Position numbers and translations under genes: made by a program. From Tubiluchus corallicola (Eukaryota > Animalia > Priapulida), in the NCBI GenBank assembly GCA_030141605.1, contig JAQGDQ010000102.1, forward strand, positions 1 to 42,176: a stretch of DNA of 42,176 nt. Reading direction: 5' to 3'. This document shows positions 1-12,612 of the stretch, in pieces; the stretch's first letter is position 1, and every line of letters starts with the position of its first letter. A model generated the notes under the pieces. It was not told the DNA's origin. It worked only from the letters and a program-made list of their open reading frames with translations, and did not search any database.

Positions 1-2075
1 GGGTAACTTGTAACTGTAACACTAGCTCAGTTTGGGGCAATGGGTAAAACAGGGGTAACTTGTACCTGTAACACTAGCTCAGTTTGGGGCAATGGGTAAA
101 ACAGGGGTAACTTGTACCTGTAACACTAGCTCAGTTTGGGGCAATGGGTAAAACAGGGGTAACTTGTACCTGTAACACTAGCTCAGTTTGGGGCAATGGG
201 TAAAACAGGGGTAACTTGTACACGTAACACTAGCTCAGTTTGGGGCAATGGGTAAAACAGGGGTAACTTGTACCTGTAACACTAGCTCAGTTTGGGGCAA
301 TGGGTAAAACAGGGGTAACTTGTACCTGTAACACTAGCTCAGTTTGGGGCAATGGGTAAAACAGGGGTAACTTGTACCTGTAACACTAGCTCAGTTTGGG
401 GCAATGGGTAAAACAGGGGTAACTTGTACCTGTAACACTAGCTCAGTTTGGGGCAATGGGTAAAACAGGGGTAACTTGTACCTGTAACACTAGCTCAGTT
501 TGGGGCAATGGGTAAAACAGGGGTAACTTGTACCTGTAACACTAGCTCAGTTTGGGGCAATGGGTAAAACAGGGGTAACTTGTACCTGTAACACTAGCTC
601 AGTTTGGGGCAATGGGTAAAACAGGGGTAACTTGTACCTGTAACACTAGCTCAGTTTGGGGCAATGGGTAAAACAGGGGTAACTTGTACCTGTAACACTA
701 GCTCAGTTTGGGGCAATGGGTAAAACAGGGGTAACTTGTACCTGTAACACTAGCTCAGTTTGGGGCAATGGGTAAAACAGGGGTAACTTGTACCTGTAAC
801 ACTAGCTCAGTTTGGGGCAATGGGTAAAACAGGGGTAACTTGTACCTGTAACACTAGCTCAGTTTGGGGCAATGGGTAAAACAGGGGTAACTTGTACCTG
901 TAACACTAGCTCAGTTTGGGGCAATGGGTAAAACAGGGGTAACTTGTACCTGTAACACTAGCTCAGTTTGGGGCAATGGGTAAAACAGGGGTAACTTGTA
1001 CCTGTAACACTAGCTCAGTTTGGGGCAATGGGTAAAACAGGGGTAACTTGTACCTGTAACACTAGCTCAGTTTGGGGCAATGGGTAAAACAGGGGTAACT
1101 TGTACCTGTAACACTAGCTCAGTTTGGGGCAATGGGTAAAACAGGGGTAACTTGTACCTGTAACACTAGCTCAGTTTGGGGCAATGGGTAAAACAGGGGT
1201 AACTTGTACCTGTAACACTAGCTCAGTTTGGGGCAATGGGTAAAACAGGGGTAACTTGTACCTGTAACACTAGCTCAGTTTGGGGCAATGGGTAAAACAG
1301 GGGTAACTTGTACCTGTAACACTAGCTCAGTTTGGGGCAATGGGTAAAACAGGGGTAACTTGTACCTGTAACACTAGCTCAGTTTGGGGCAATGGGTAAA
1401 ACAGGGGTAACTTGTACCTGTAACACTAGCTCAGTTTGGGGCAATGGGTAAAACAGGGGTAACTTGTACCTGTAACACTAGCTCAGTTTGGGGCAATGGG
1501 TAAAACAGGGGTAACTTGTACCTGTAACACTAGCTCAGTTTGGGGCAATGGGTAAAACAGGGGTAACTTGTACCTGTAACACTAGCTCAGTTTGGGGCAA
1601 TGGGTAAAACAGGGGTAACTTGTACCTGTAACACTAGCTCAGTTTGGGGCAATGGGTAAAACAGGGGTAACTTGTACCTGTAACACTAGCTCAGTTTGGG
1701 GCAATGGGTAAAACAGGGGTAACTTGTACCTGTAACACTAGCTCAGTTTGGGGCAATGGGTAAAACAGGGGTAACTTGTACCTGTAACACTAGCTCAGTT
1801 TGGGGCAATGGGTAAAACAGGGGTAACTTGTACCTGTAACACTAGCTCAGTTTGGGGCAATGGGTAAAACAGGGGTAACTTGTACCTGTAACACTAGCTC
1901 AGTTTGGGGCAATGGGTAAAACAGGGGTAACTTGTACCTGTAACACTAGCTCAGTTTGGGGCAATGGGTAAAACAGGGGTAACTTGTACCTGTAACACTA
2001 GCTCAGTTTGGGGCAATGGGTAAAACAGGGGTAACTTGTACCTGTAACACTAGCTCAGTTTGGGGCAATGGGTAA
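1..2075 (+). repeat. 52-bp tandem satellite, about 40 near-identical copies, running off the window start
   Basis: Unit GGGGTAACTTGTACCTGTAACACTAGCTCAGTTTGGGGCAATGGGTAAAACA. The 60-nt lines recur every 780 nt (15 x 52). Only two variant units seen (near 14 and near 221). Confidence 0.98.
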
Positions 2076-2168
2076 ACAACAAACAGGCAGGTACACTGTA
2101 CCCTATAAAATTAGCTTATTTAAAACCCATATCCCCCCAAAAATCAGTATTTTTGACCCACAGAAACC

Positions 2169-2658
2169 ACCCCTGTTTTATTACTAAACTGAGCTAGTGT
2201 TACAGGTACAAGTTACCCCTGTTTTACTCATTGCCCCAAACTGAACTAATGTTACAGGTACAAGTTACCCCTGTTTTACCCATTGCCCCAAACTGAGCTA
2301 GTGTTACATGTACAAGTTACCCCTGTTTTACCCATTGCCCCAAACTGAGCTAGTGTTACAGGTACAAGTTACCCCTGTTTTACCCATTGCCCCAAACTGA
2401 GCTAGTGTTACAGGTACAAGTTACCCCTGTTTTACTCATTGCCCCAAACTGAGCTAGTGTTACAGGTACAAGTTACCCCTGTTTTACCCATTGCCCCAAA
2501 CTGAGCTAGTGTTACAGGTACAAGTTACCCCTGTTTTACTCATTGCCCCAAACTGAGCTAGTGTTACAGGTACAAGTTACCCCTGTTTTACCCATTGCCC
2601 CAAACTGAGCTAGTGTTACATGTACAAGTTACCCCTGTTTTACCCATTGCCCCAAACT
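2169..2658 (-). repeat. Same 52-bp satellite in inverted orientation, about 9 copies
   Basis: ACCCCTGTTTTACCCATTGCCCCAAACTGAGCTAGTGTTACAGGTACAAGTT is the reverse complement of the 1-2075 unit. The two arrays are separated by a spacer of about 93 bp. Confidence 0.97.
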
Positions 2659-4079
2659 ATCAACAAAAACTATAAATTACCAACAAAATTTTTCCCACAA
2701 AAAAGCAAGACGACTTCACTCACATTCCTCTTCCCAGACTCTTGCCGGGATATTTTAGTGTGACAAGTTTGTTAATGCAGCTTATTTTAGAAAAGATCAA
2801 TAGTAGGTAGCATTGATCTTCGGCGAGCTTGTACAGCACCATAAACTTTTATTCAAATTACTGCCGCTAGAGTGTCAAATCTGACGGAAAATTTCTTTCT
2901 CTATCTTTATCTAAAGAACGGATTGGAAATTGCGGCAAAAATTACAGCAGTTATCACTTTTAATGTGTGCTTTATACACAGTATAAAGTTGTTTTAACAC
3001 AGTACAGTACAATAGTTACTCACGCGAGTCAATAGCTCATGTATCAAACGCAAGAAACATAAATATGTTCACGTAATTGGCTGTAAACAATTCAAGAACA
3101 AGGCTTTCTTCATGCAGATTGTGATGGCAATGAATCAGAATTAGGGTTGTCACCTCCTCACAAATCAAAATCAGGAGGATACTGGAGGTAGTGCTGCAAA
3201 CCAACGCACTTGCTGTATGAGGCCTTTTTCAGAAACGAAAATTAAGAAATTAAACCACAACCTAGTATACATTTCTTTATTTTAGATGCTAAAAAACAAA
3301 AAGTCTAAAACTTACAAAGATGCAAACGGTTATATCTACTTTTGCAGCTCCCTTCCAGTCCCAATACATTTCTCGCATTTTGAAATATATAGAGATAGTT
3401 TTTAGTGACCAAATTATTAAGAACTTTATGTTACGTGAATTTAAGCTAAGTCTTCTCTTCCATGTCTTTTCTGTTATTAAGATCTGTAAAACAAAATTGC
3501 CTCGAGCAAGGTGAACAAATGACCGAAGATTGCTTGCGTTGCACTTGCTGCTTCAGTAAAAATTGGCCAAAAAAGTAGACGGGGTGATAAAATGAAGCTT
3601 CATACAACATAACTAAACTGAATTTAATAAGTTTACTGTTATTTTAACAGAGATACAACAACTGTTATTAGCTAACCTTGCGTAAATTTTCAATAGCAGG
3701 GAAGTTGTATTTCCATATTTTTTACTTGAACTTTAACGCAATGGCCGAAACAAAGGTAGCAATATTCGGCTGGTATGTACATCCTTGCTTAGTGAGGTAT
3801 ACACCTACATGTAAGCATCTCAGGTGAAACATCTGACCACAGTTATCTAATAGTCTCAAGTTGTCGTAAAAGGATAGAGTGTTCTGTATGACACATGCTT
3901 GATTTTATACTAATTCTGTTCTGCAACGCACTTTCAGACATTGGCGTTCAGCAAAGGAGACTGCAGAGACCCACTGAAGCAAATTTCATACTGCCGATCA
4001 AACAAGTCATCAGCATTAATGCAAATGCATGTTTTGATTTGTTTATACTTTACAGGCGTACTTTAACATGTTGAGTTTT

Positions 4080-4700
4080 GAATTAATTTATTTATTTGGA
4101 CATACAAATTTACAATATACAGAAACAATGAGAAAATTATACAATTCGTATTAAAGATTTGACATGACAGCATGTATAATTAAAAGCAAGAACCGGAAGT
4201 AAAAACTCGTTAACTGCTTGTGCCGTTGTAAACACGTCCAAACAATAATTGAAAAAAAGAAAAAAAACACGATATATCTGCATACAGGTCTCACAGGACT
4301 AACCTACATTATTCAAAATTCATCTCAACAGCCTGCTCACAACTGCAGTAGAGGCGTCTTACACAACCTGCTGGACAACTCGAATAATCGGATGGAAATG
4401 CAGTTATACGAGCGTTCTCCCATATGTTTACTAAACTGCCTCAGCACATTTTAATCTTCGTAGTCAATCACAAACCGTGACCACACAGTTATAAAATCTC
4501 CTCTGCCCCAAACTGACAGTACATTAATTTTCTGTACTAACAGGACACCTTCGGAATTTTCAACACAGAAGGAAAACTCGATAGGCTAATATTTTCCAAG
4601 AGTACAAAGCTGGATGTTTGTTTACCGTGCCGGTACTATTGGCTGAAAAACTTTCAAGCTTAATACGGCATCTAGATACAAAACGAAGTTCAACAAGTGG
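4080..4700 (-). mobile_element. Possible degenerate 3' end of a non-LTR retrotransposon (L2/CR1-like)
   Basis: Minus strand ends in an AATAAATAAATT tail near 4084-4097. A frame near 4360-4440 reads ..KHMGERSYNCISIRLF.., loosely like the GxRSFSyxxxxLWNxLP end of ORF2. Confidence 0.3.
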
Positions 4701-5473
4701 TTAAAAATGTCGGAAACATCTTTCCGATTGCACAGCTATTTCACATTATTCTACTTAAAGCTAGTTAAGTATTCCATGCATAGTAGGAACGTAAACTTCT
4801 GTAGCTTAATTGCAATGAATAACTTTAAAGCTAAGTAAAACAATACTGTCATCACCTTATTAATTGCGTAATTATCTAAATGCATATGGTAGTATAAGAG
4901 TGAACGCAGGAAGCAGATTATTGGGAAAAACCTGTCTGGCGCGTGAAATGGTCGGAACAAGTTTTTGCTAATGTTATAACATGTTTCAGAGAGTACTTAT
5001 GTAGTACGATAAATAGAGAAATTACTAGCACTAACATTTATGACTGTAACTCATTTATGACGTCTAGCACACTTATTATTGCATTTCAACATGTTGTCTA
5101 ACATTGCGCAATTGTAAATAAGTGATTGCATCATGATGCATCAATCATTTGTTCTTTGCTTTTATTTATCTCTAGCTGGGGAACTACTGTGAAGATTTAC
5201 AAAATACTAATTGCCTAAAAACTTCCACACTTTAAGAACAAACAATTCCCTTTTGAGCTGGCTCATAAATATTGAAACTAATGAACAATAAACTGAAACT
5301 GAAACTGAAAGGGGAATAAACTTTTATTTAAAGTCTTTGATGTGTTGGATCATTATCATTATTTATGATAATGGCTTGTAAGCTATCTTAAAACAGTTAG
5401 GGTTCATTCATTACACTTTAAAGCATAAAACCGCACTACAGTGTTACAATAAAATTAATTTGAAAATCACACG

Positions 5474-7505
5474 TGCTACATTACATAGTAATATTAATGT
5501 CATCTCTTCATTATGCTACGTAACATAGTAATATTAATGTCATCTCTTCATTATGCTACGTTACACAGTAATATTAATGTCATCTCTTCATTATGCTACG
5601 TTACATAGTAATATTAATGTCATCTCTTCATTATGCTACGTTACATAGTAATATCAATGTCATCTCCTCATTATGCTACGTTACATACTAATGTCAATGT
5701 CATCTCTTCATTATGCTACGTTACATAGTAATATTAATGTCATCTCTTCATTATGCTACGTTACATAGTAATATCAATGTCATCTCCTCATTATGCTACG
5801 TTACATACTAATGTCAATGTCATCTCTTCATTATGCTACGTTACATAGTAATATCAATGTCATCTCCTCATTATGCTACGTTACATAGTAATGTCAATGT
5901 CATCTCTTCATTATGCTACGTTACATAGTAATATTAATGTCATCTCTTCATTATGCTATGTTACATAGTAATGTCAATGTCATCTCCTCATTATGCTACG
6001 TTACATACTAATGTCAATGTCATCTCTTCATTATGCTACGTTACATAGTAATATTAATGTCATCTCTTCATTATGCTACGTTACATAGTAATATCAATGT
6101 CATCTCCTCATTATGCTACGTTACATACTAATGTCAATGTCATCTCTTCATTATGCTACGTTACATAGTAATATCAATGTCATCTCTTCATTATGCTACG
6201 TTACATAGTAATATCAATGTCATCTCTTCATTATGTTACGTTACATAGTAATATTAATGTCATCTCTTCATTATGCTATGTTACATAGTAATATTAATTA
6301 ATGTCATCTCTTCATTATGCTATGATACATAGTAATATTAATTAATGCCATCTCTTAATTATGCTACGTTACATAGTAATATTAATGTCATCTCTTCATT
6401 ATGCTACGTAACATAGCAATATTAATGTCATCTCTTCATTATGCTACGTTACACAGTAATATTAATGTCATCTCTTCATTATGCTACGTTACATAGTAAT
6501 ATTAATGTCATCTCTTCATTATGCTACGTTACATAGTAATATCAATGTCATCTCCTCATTATGCTACGTTACATACTAATGTCAATGTCATCTCTTCATT
6601 ATGCTACGTTACATAGTAATATCAATGTCATCTCCTCATTATGCTACGTTACATAGTAATGTCAATGTCATCTCTTCATTATGCTACGTTACATAGTAAT
6701 ATTAATGTCATCTCAACATTATGCTATGTTACGTAGCAATGTCAATGTCATCTCAACATTATGCTACGTTACATAGTAATGTCAATGTCATCTCTTCATT
6801 ATGTTACGTTACATAGTAATATTAATGTCATCTCTTCATTATGCTATGTTACATAGTAATATTAATTAATGTCATCTCTTCATTATGCTATGTTACATAG
6901 TAATATTAATTAATGTCATCTCTTAATTATGCTACGTTACATAGTAATATTAATGTCATCTCTTCATTATGCTACGTAACATAGTAATATTAATGTCATC
7001 TCTTCATTATGCTACGTTACATAGTAATATTAATGTCATCTCTTCATTGTGCTATGTTACATAGTAATGTCAATGTCATCTCTTCATTATGCTTTGTTAC
7101 ACAGTAATATCAATGTCATCTCTTCATTATGCTACGTTACATAGTAATATTAATGTCATCTCAACATTATGCTATGTTACGTAGCAATGTCAATGTCATC
7201 TCAACATTATGCTACGTTACATAGTAATGTCAATGTCATCTCTTCATTATGCTTTGTTACGCAGTAATATCAATGTCATCTCTTCATTATGCTACGTTAC
7301 ATAGTAATGTCAATGTCATCTCTTCATTATGTTACGTTACATAGTAATATTAATGTCATCTCTTCATTATGCTATGTTACATAGTAATATTAATTAATGT
7401 CATCTCTTCATTATGCTCTGTTACATAGTAATATTAATTAATGTCATCTCTTAATTATGCTACGTTACATAGTAATATTAATGTCATCTCAACATTATGC
7501 TATGT
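5474..7505 (+). repeat. 40-bp AT-rich minisatellite, about 50 copies, with 44-bp variants and higher-order structure
   Basis: Unit TTACATAGTAATATTAATGTCATCTCTTCATTATGCTACG. Pairs of 44-bp units (extra TAAT) occur at about 6281-6368, 6849-6936 and 7377-7464. Confidence 0.97.
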
Positions 7506-7734
7506 ACGTATCTATACTGCCAGTAGTCATACTGTAATGCTTCTACTGTTCTTTATTGCCTGCAGTCTTCTAAGTGTTACGTTAAATTGGCAAAAACTGT
7601 CTGTTCAGACAATATTGTAATTTCTGTTATCAATAAAACAACGTTTAAACTAATACTTAAGAATGTCACATAAAATAGTACGTATTATACATTCTTCCCA
7701 ATCAATGTATTCTACAATTTACGAAAATGCTTTT

Positions 7735-8196
7735 TGTTGATCAGAGCTGCAGCTGATGGTGCAAAACTTTTTTATATCAACTTGTTCTCACTTTTAGCAG
7801 CATGAACTGGTAGCATCTTCTATTTGAATAATGTAATTTTGGTAACAGTGCAGATTCAGATTTAATTAGTTTGATGTATTTGATGCAAACCTTTTCCCTT
7901 CTTGAATTTAAAGATTCTAGTTCTACATTTAGCACATTTGAGATTTTCTTACGGATACGCTCTAAACATTTTTGTTCCTCAGCAGAAATTTCAAAATGAA
8001 ACAATTGACAGTTGCATTCAGTTATGCTAGGAAAACTGGAATAATAATAACATAGAATGATATGAATTGGTACCTTATAGAATTTCAGAGTATAAACATA
8101 ATACAATCGTTCATTGCATTTCTTTATACAATTATCTATATGTTGATATATTTTATGCAGCAATTGAATTAGGTAGTTATTATTATAAGGCCGCAT
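7735..8196 (-). mobile_element. 5'-truncated non-LTR retrotransposon (L2/CR1 group), C-terminal part of the RT ORF
   Basis: ORF 7777-8196 (HIDNCIKKCNERLYYVYTLK..ECNCQLFHFEISAEEQKCLERIRKK..LESLNSRREKVCIKY) follows the remembered post-RT pattern HidxixKKAxxRLYfLxxLK..EYacqvfH.l...LEriQKr..lxsLxxRRexlcxkf. Confidence 0.75.
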
Positions 8197-8670
8197 CTTT
8201 TTCAGTTACACATACAGCTAATTAGTTACTTATTGAAACTTCATGTAAGGATAAATCATCTACAAAACTGCCATGAATATCGACCTGGTAATCTTGCTCA
8301 TTCTACCTGACGGGTATTTGATCTCTCGCAATTATATCAGCTCGGCAAAGGAAAGCTGCATTCGTGCAAAGCCGTACGTATGACTGCTTATTGTCGTATA
8401 TCTAATTACTGATACAGTGTTCTGAGTCTAATCAATAAGTCATTATAGATTTTCGCGCATACTATTGTTCAACACGCACATTAATGCTTCAGTCGCAAGC
8501 TCGCGGTCGCTTGTGTTGTTTTTGAGCGCAACAAAAATCAATCTATAGCGTACTCTCTAGTAAATCTTTTACAATGCTGTAGGTCAGCTAACAACAGAAT
8601 TGACAAGGGGGTATTTACTCAACGTCGTGTGATTTCTCAGTCAATGTGGGCGCCAGCATTACACAGCAAT

Positions 8671-8847
8671 TTTAGATTTTGATTTAGATTTATTCATCCA
8701 TTTAGCACAATACAAACAAAATACAACTTATGCAATTACAAATTAACAATGCATTGCAGTGCTATGAGCATAGCTGAAGTTAACTTATAAGCTACAATCA
8801 ACATGGATAAGCCTTAATTATGACATAAATAACAAAAATACGTTAAT
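8671..8847 (-). mobile_element. Dispersed repeat, probably a LINE 3'UTR and tail; second copy at 18839-19018
   Basis: The reverse complement aligns collinearly with 18839-19018 (GTAGCTYATAAGTTAA..GCTCATAGCACTGYAATGCATTGTTAATTTGTAATTG..GTGCTAAATGGATGAATAA) and ends in an AATAAATCTAAATC tail. Confidence 0.8.
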
Positions 8848-9789
8848 GGTGCAAAGATTGGTGCATTAGTACTAAAAAACTAAACTAAATTAAAATCAGT
8901 AAAAATGCACAAGTTCACGTCAATTCAAATATCGTTATGACATTAAAAACACAAAAGTAGGTTTACATTAATGACTGGTAAAAAAGTTGTGAGTTTCGAA
9001 GAGAATTTAAGAGATTTGAAGCTAATTCTGCAAGTTCTATAAACTGTAGGAAGCAAAAAGCTATTAAAGATGGCCCTAATGAAATATCACTGTGTTTGTT
9101 GTCTCTTTTATAACTTACCGTAGCTTCTATGTTAGAGTAATTCAAGTAGTGCCCTTGGCATTACAAAATCCTCTAATTGCCACTTGGGGAAAAACGAGCG
9201 CAGGAAAATTTGAGAAAAAAATTACTAATAATCACCAGAGGAGAATTGGACCGGATGTTGATTACAACTAACAACTCTCGGCGGAAGTGATTAGGAAACT
9301 CCTCAGGCAAAAAGTGGACAGAACGAAAAATTAGACGAAATACTGGAGAAGCCAAGACGACGAATTAAACTGCCTGGCTTAGAGACATGATAAAAGTTAG
9401 CCTTATCAGTAGCTATACCTCATGCAGGAACTCCCAACAATACTTACTTCTAAGCAACTGACAACTTATCATGTGTGCCAAAACTTAAAAAACTTAAAAT
9501 CTCGACATTCATTTATGCGTTACGTCTAGTTTAGAGCCCAGGCAGACATGCAATTTTCAGGCTAAGCGCAGGGTTATGCACTCTAGCTCAGCGATGATTA
9601 AGAAGGTACAGTGAATTTCTGTTTCTGATGTTTGATAAATCCTGTGTATGATATAGAATAAAGGTAGGCATATGTCTGGAATCTTCAGGAAAGGCATAGC
9701 AAGCGTGGATATTGTTCACTCCACGTAGAAAGCAGTACCACGGTGTTAACCTGTGTAGCCTGTCATTTTATTCTTACTTGTTGCCAATT

Positions 9790-10333
9790 CCTGACTTATT
9801 TCAAGTTTTTTGGGGGGCGGTTGCTAGGTGTGGATTTACTGCTGCGTCTTACCCTAACAGACTTTTACCTTTGAATATGTTATCATTAGAAGAGAGAATA
9901 ATTCATTATGATCTAAAAATGTGCTACAATACTATTCAAAGGGAAAATGACTTCGATAGAAATGAATTTTTACCCCCGCTCCTAGAATTTCTGTTGATCA
10001 TTGTCACAAACTTCATGTAAATCGACTTGTATCGTCTGTAGCTCAACATTCGTTTGTCATTTGAATTGTTAAGTACTCGAATTCTCTTGTTGAACATGTA
10101 AACGGGTCTCCACTGGTAAATGCCGCCTCCAATAAGCTATTTAGTCAAAGATTAATGAAAATTGGCTTTTCAAAACATTTGTATTTCTGCAGACACATAC
10201 GTAGTAATTTTACTCTTTGTGTCTCTCCCGTATCCATTTTAACGTGTCTTGTTTATTATTGTACATATTTTATTATTTTACGATTTATATTTTATTGTAT
10301 GGATATCTTAATTAATAAACAAATAAATAAAAA
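9790..10333 (+). mobile_element. Degenerate CR1-like LINE 3' fragment
   Basis: Peptide SYPNRLLPLNMLSLEERIIHYDLKMCYNTI resembles the CR1 ORF2 C-terminal pattern sYeeRLxxLnLxSLexRRxxxDLixxYkii. It is followed by a T-rich 3'UTR and the tail AATAAACAAATAAATAAA. Confidence 0.65.
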
Positions 10334-12189
10334 TCAACAGTTTCTCTCCTTTCTATACAATAGATGATTTTGGTCTATTGTTTGCAGACTGAACTGCTTG
10401 ATGATGGCTCATAATGGCTGCTAATAGAATTGAAACGTCAAACGAACAAATTGCACTTATAAGTGGATGAGACGTGTCAAAAGTGTGATGAGATGATTTG
10501 TACAGTGCTGGCAGATAGTTTGATGCTTCGTCTACAGACTTTCCCATTTTCCAGATAAATTAAGCGAGAAACGAGCGATCCTTTATTCGTCAACTAGAGT
10601 TTTAAAAATGAATCAAAGTTTGTTGCTAACAAATTCAGTTATTAGTTCAACTACAGTTAGCTGGAATATTACAATGTCCCGGTATTGATTTCAAAACCCG
10701 AATTCACACTGAAATCCTTGAATATACTTTTGCAGAATAAAAGACTGATTATCTAGTAACTCTAGTTGATACATCACAATCTGATGTACAAGTTGGTCTG
10801 GATTTGAAGGCGGATGACATATCGAATCACATGTTGTAGGTGAAAAGAGCACTGCGCCTTCAAATTTTCTTAATAAACCAATTTTGAATATTGTTCGTGT
10901 TATGTACTCCACTGGCAGCTTCATCTACCACCTTAAGTTTTGAAATGGTCATTGAAGAACCCACGATCAGACATAACGTCATGTGTATTTCCTATTCCTT
11001 TCATAATACATTTCTGTCGCTCTTGAAATGACGTCACCTGGGCTATTCATCAAAATGATCGTAGGGTCAGCATAAAATGTTTGCACTTTAACTTTGCAGT
11101 TAGGACCAGCCCTAAAATTAATTACCTTCTAAAACACAAAAAGTGCAAAAGGCAAATTTAAAAGTACAGCCAGTGATTAGCTCTTTTGGAATAAGAGTTT
11201 TGCACAAAGTAGAGAGATCGAACTTATTTCAAAATAATTTAATTTTGTTAGTTTCTTCCTCTTTCCTGAGACTTAATTCAGACAGACTTTGCGACACTTC
11301 TTGCTAGTACTTCAAAGTTTTTGGATTTATTAATATTGGAAGATTATCCTGTTTGCAAAGATTCTGAGTTAATTTTGAAGATTGAAGTTTATGTTTGAAG
11401 TCGATCTGTTCATTCAGCCCATATTTTGAAACACGTTTTAAGTGTCAAGTTTCTTTATTCCAAGAGCCAATAGTACAGAGGTGGCATTATCTTATACGAA
11501 AATACACAAATTATAATTAACATGAGAAATACTCTTAAATAAAATATAACCAAACGATTAATTATGACGAGCAGCACAAATAATTATTGGCTGATATCAG
11601 AAGATGAACTTGCAAGATCTGAGCTGAACAGGCAAGATGGAATAACAGGAGTGCAGGAGATGCAAGATAAAATGAAAGAAAACCTGAGTGTGATAATGAG
11701 TGTGGAGATGTGGTGAAAAAGAAGATGAAACAATGGAGACTGACGAGATGTAGGGATTAGCTTTACACTAGGATTTTAATACTACTAACAAGGTATAGCC
11801 ATCAATAGGGCAAGGTGCAAAAGAGGCGGCAACCGGGGACACTCAACAGGTGCCAAACTGAATTTACTTCTTCTTACTTCTGCAATTTCTTTTTTCTTTA
11901 TCTTTCTTCTTCATCTTCTTCTTCTCTACCGTGAATTTAACTTGAAACTGGAAACTAAAATCAATTGTGTGGTCTAAGTACCTTACTTTATCGCGAGTCC
12001 AACCTTTGACAAGGGCAGCTGCATTGAGGCGTTTCTTGTGGGACCTGTTTCGTCATTTCGACAATGTTACCTGTAACCTGAATCAAACTGAATCATCATT
12101 TTCTGATAACGCGATTTAATATTCAAGGTTTGGCATTCAGTATGGTGAACAGCTTATGACGTTCAATGTTATTTCGCGATGGCAATATT

Positions 12190-12495
12190 CACCGGCGTCA
12201 CTAAGGGGGAGGGTGGGGCAAGGGGGAAACATGTCATCGGGCGCCATACTGAGGGGCGCCAACTTTCGTGGAAGGGTTGTTACTTGTCAAACTAAAATGT
12301 CGACAACGGCGACGGCATATCAGTAGGAAACGAAAAGGAATAATATTATGCTGTTAAATGTCCGGTAGGAATAGGCTACCTTTTAATGTTCACAAAAATC
12401 TAAAAAATGAAATCAAAATTTACACCATCTCAAAGCCTCACACTGAATCTACAGCCTCCTAGGGGGTAAAAAAATTCTCGCTGGCTACGCTTACT
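12190..12495 (+). mobile_element. Decayed hAT-like MITE
   Basis: Left end CACCGGCGTCACTAAGGGGG with subterminal GGGCGCC motifs; right end CTGGCTACGCTTACT. Together they resemble the CAGTGGCGTAGC..GCTACGCCACTG terminal inverted repeat class. No clear target-site duplication. Confidence 0.4.
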
Positions 12496-12524
12496 CGATG
12501 GCTACAGCTTGCCCCACTGTACAT

Positions 12525-12612
12525 ACGCACGCACACGCACACACGCACACACACACATACATGTATATATTGCGCAAATAAAGATTTATCATCATCATCA
12601 TCATCATCATCA
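12525..12612. repeat. (CA/CG)n and (ATC)n microsatellites
   Basis: Seen directly in the sequence. Confidence 0.9.

Noticed and set aside
3980-4015. Other CTGANGA motifs (minus strand near 4007; also near 16014, 25291 and 37507) as hammerheads
   Set aside because: None has a stem II followed by GAAA and a closing stem I.
5287-5310. AATAAACTGAAACTGAAACTGAAA, and a similar minus-strand tail near 11440-11460, as LINE ends
   Set aside because: They are plausible retroposon tails, but no adjacent ORF remnant could be recognised to support a call.
1-7505. Tandem arrays as CRISPR arrays
   Set aside because: There are no unique spacers between repeats, no cas genes, and the context is eukaryotic. 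The same applies to the 24-bp and 63-bp arrays.
10340-11130. Possible minus-strand exon or pseudogene after a strong acceptor at about 11130
   Set aside because: All frames contain stops and no family motif was recognised.
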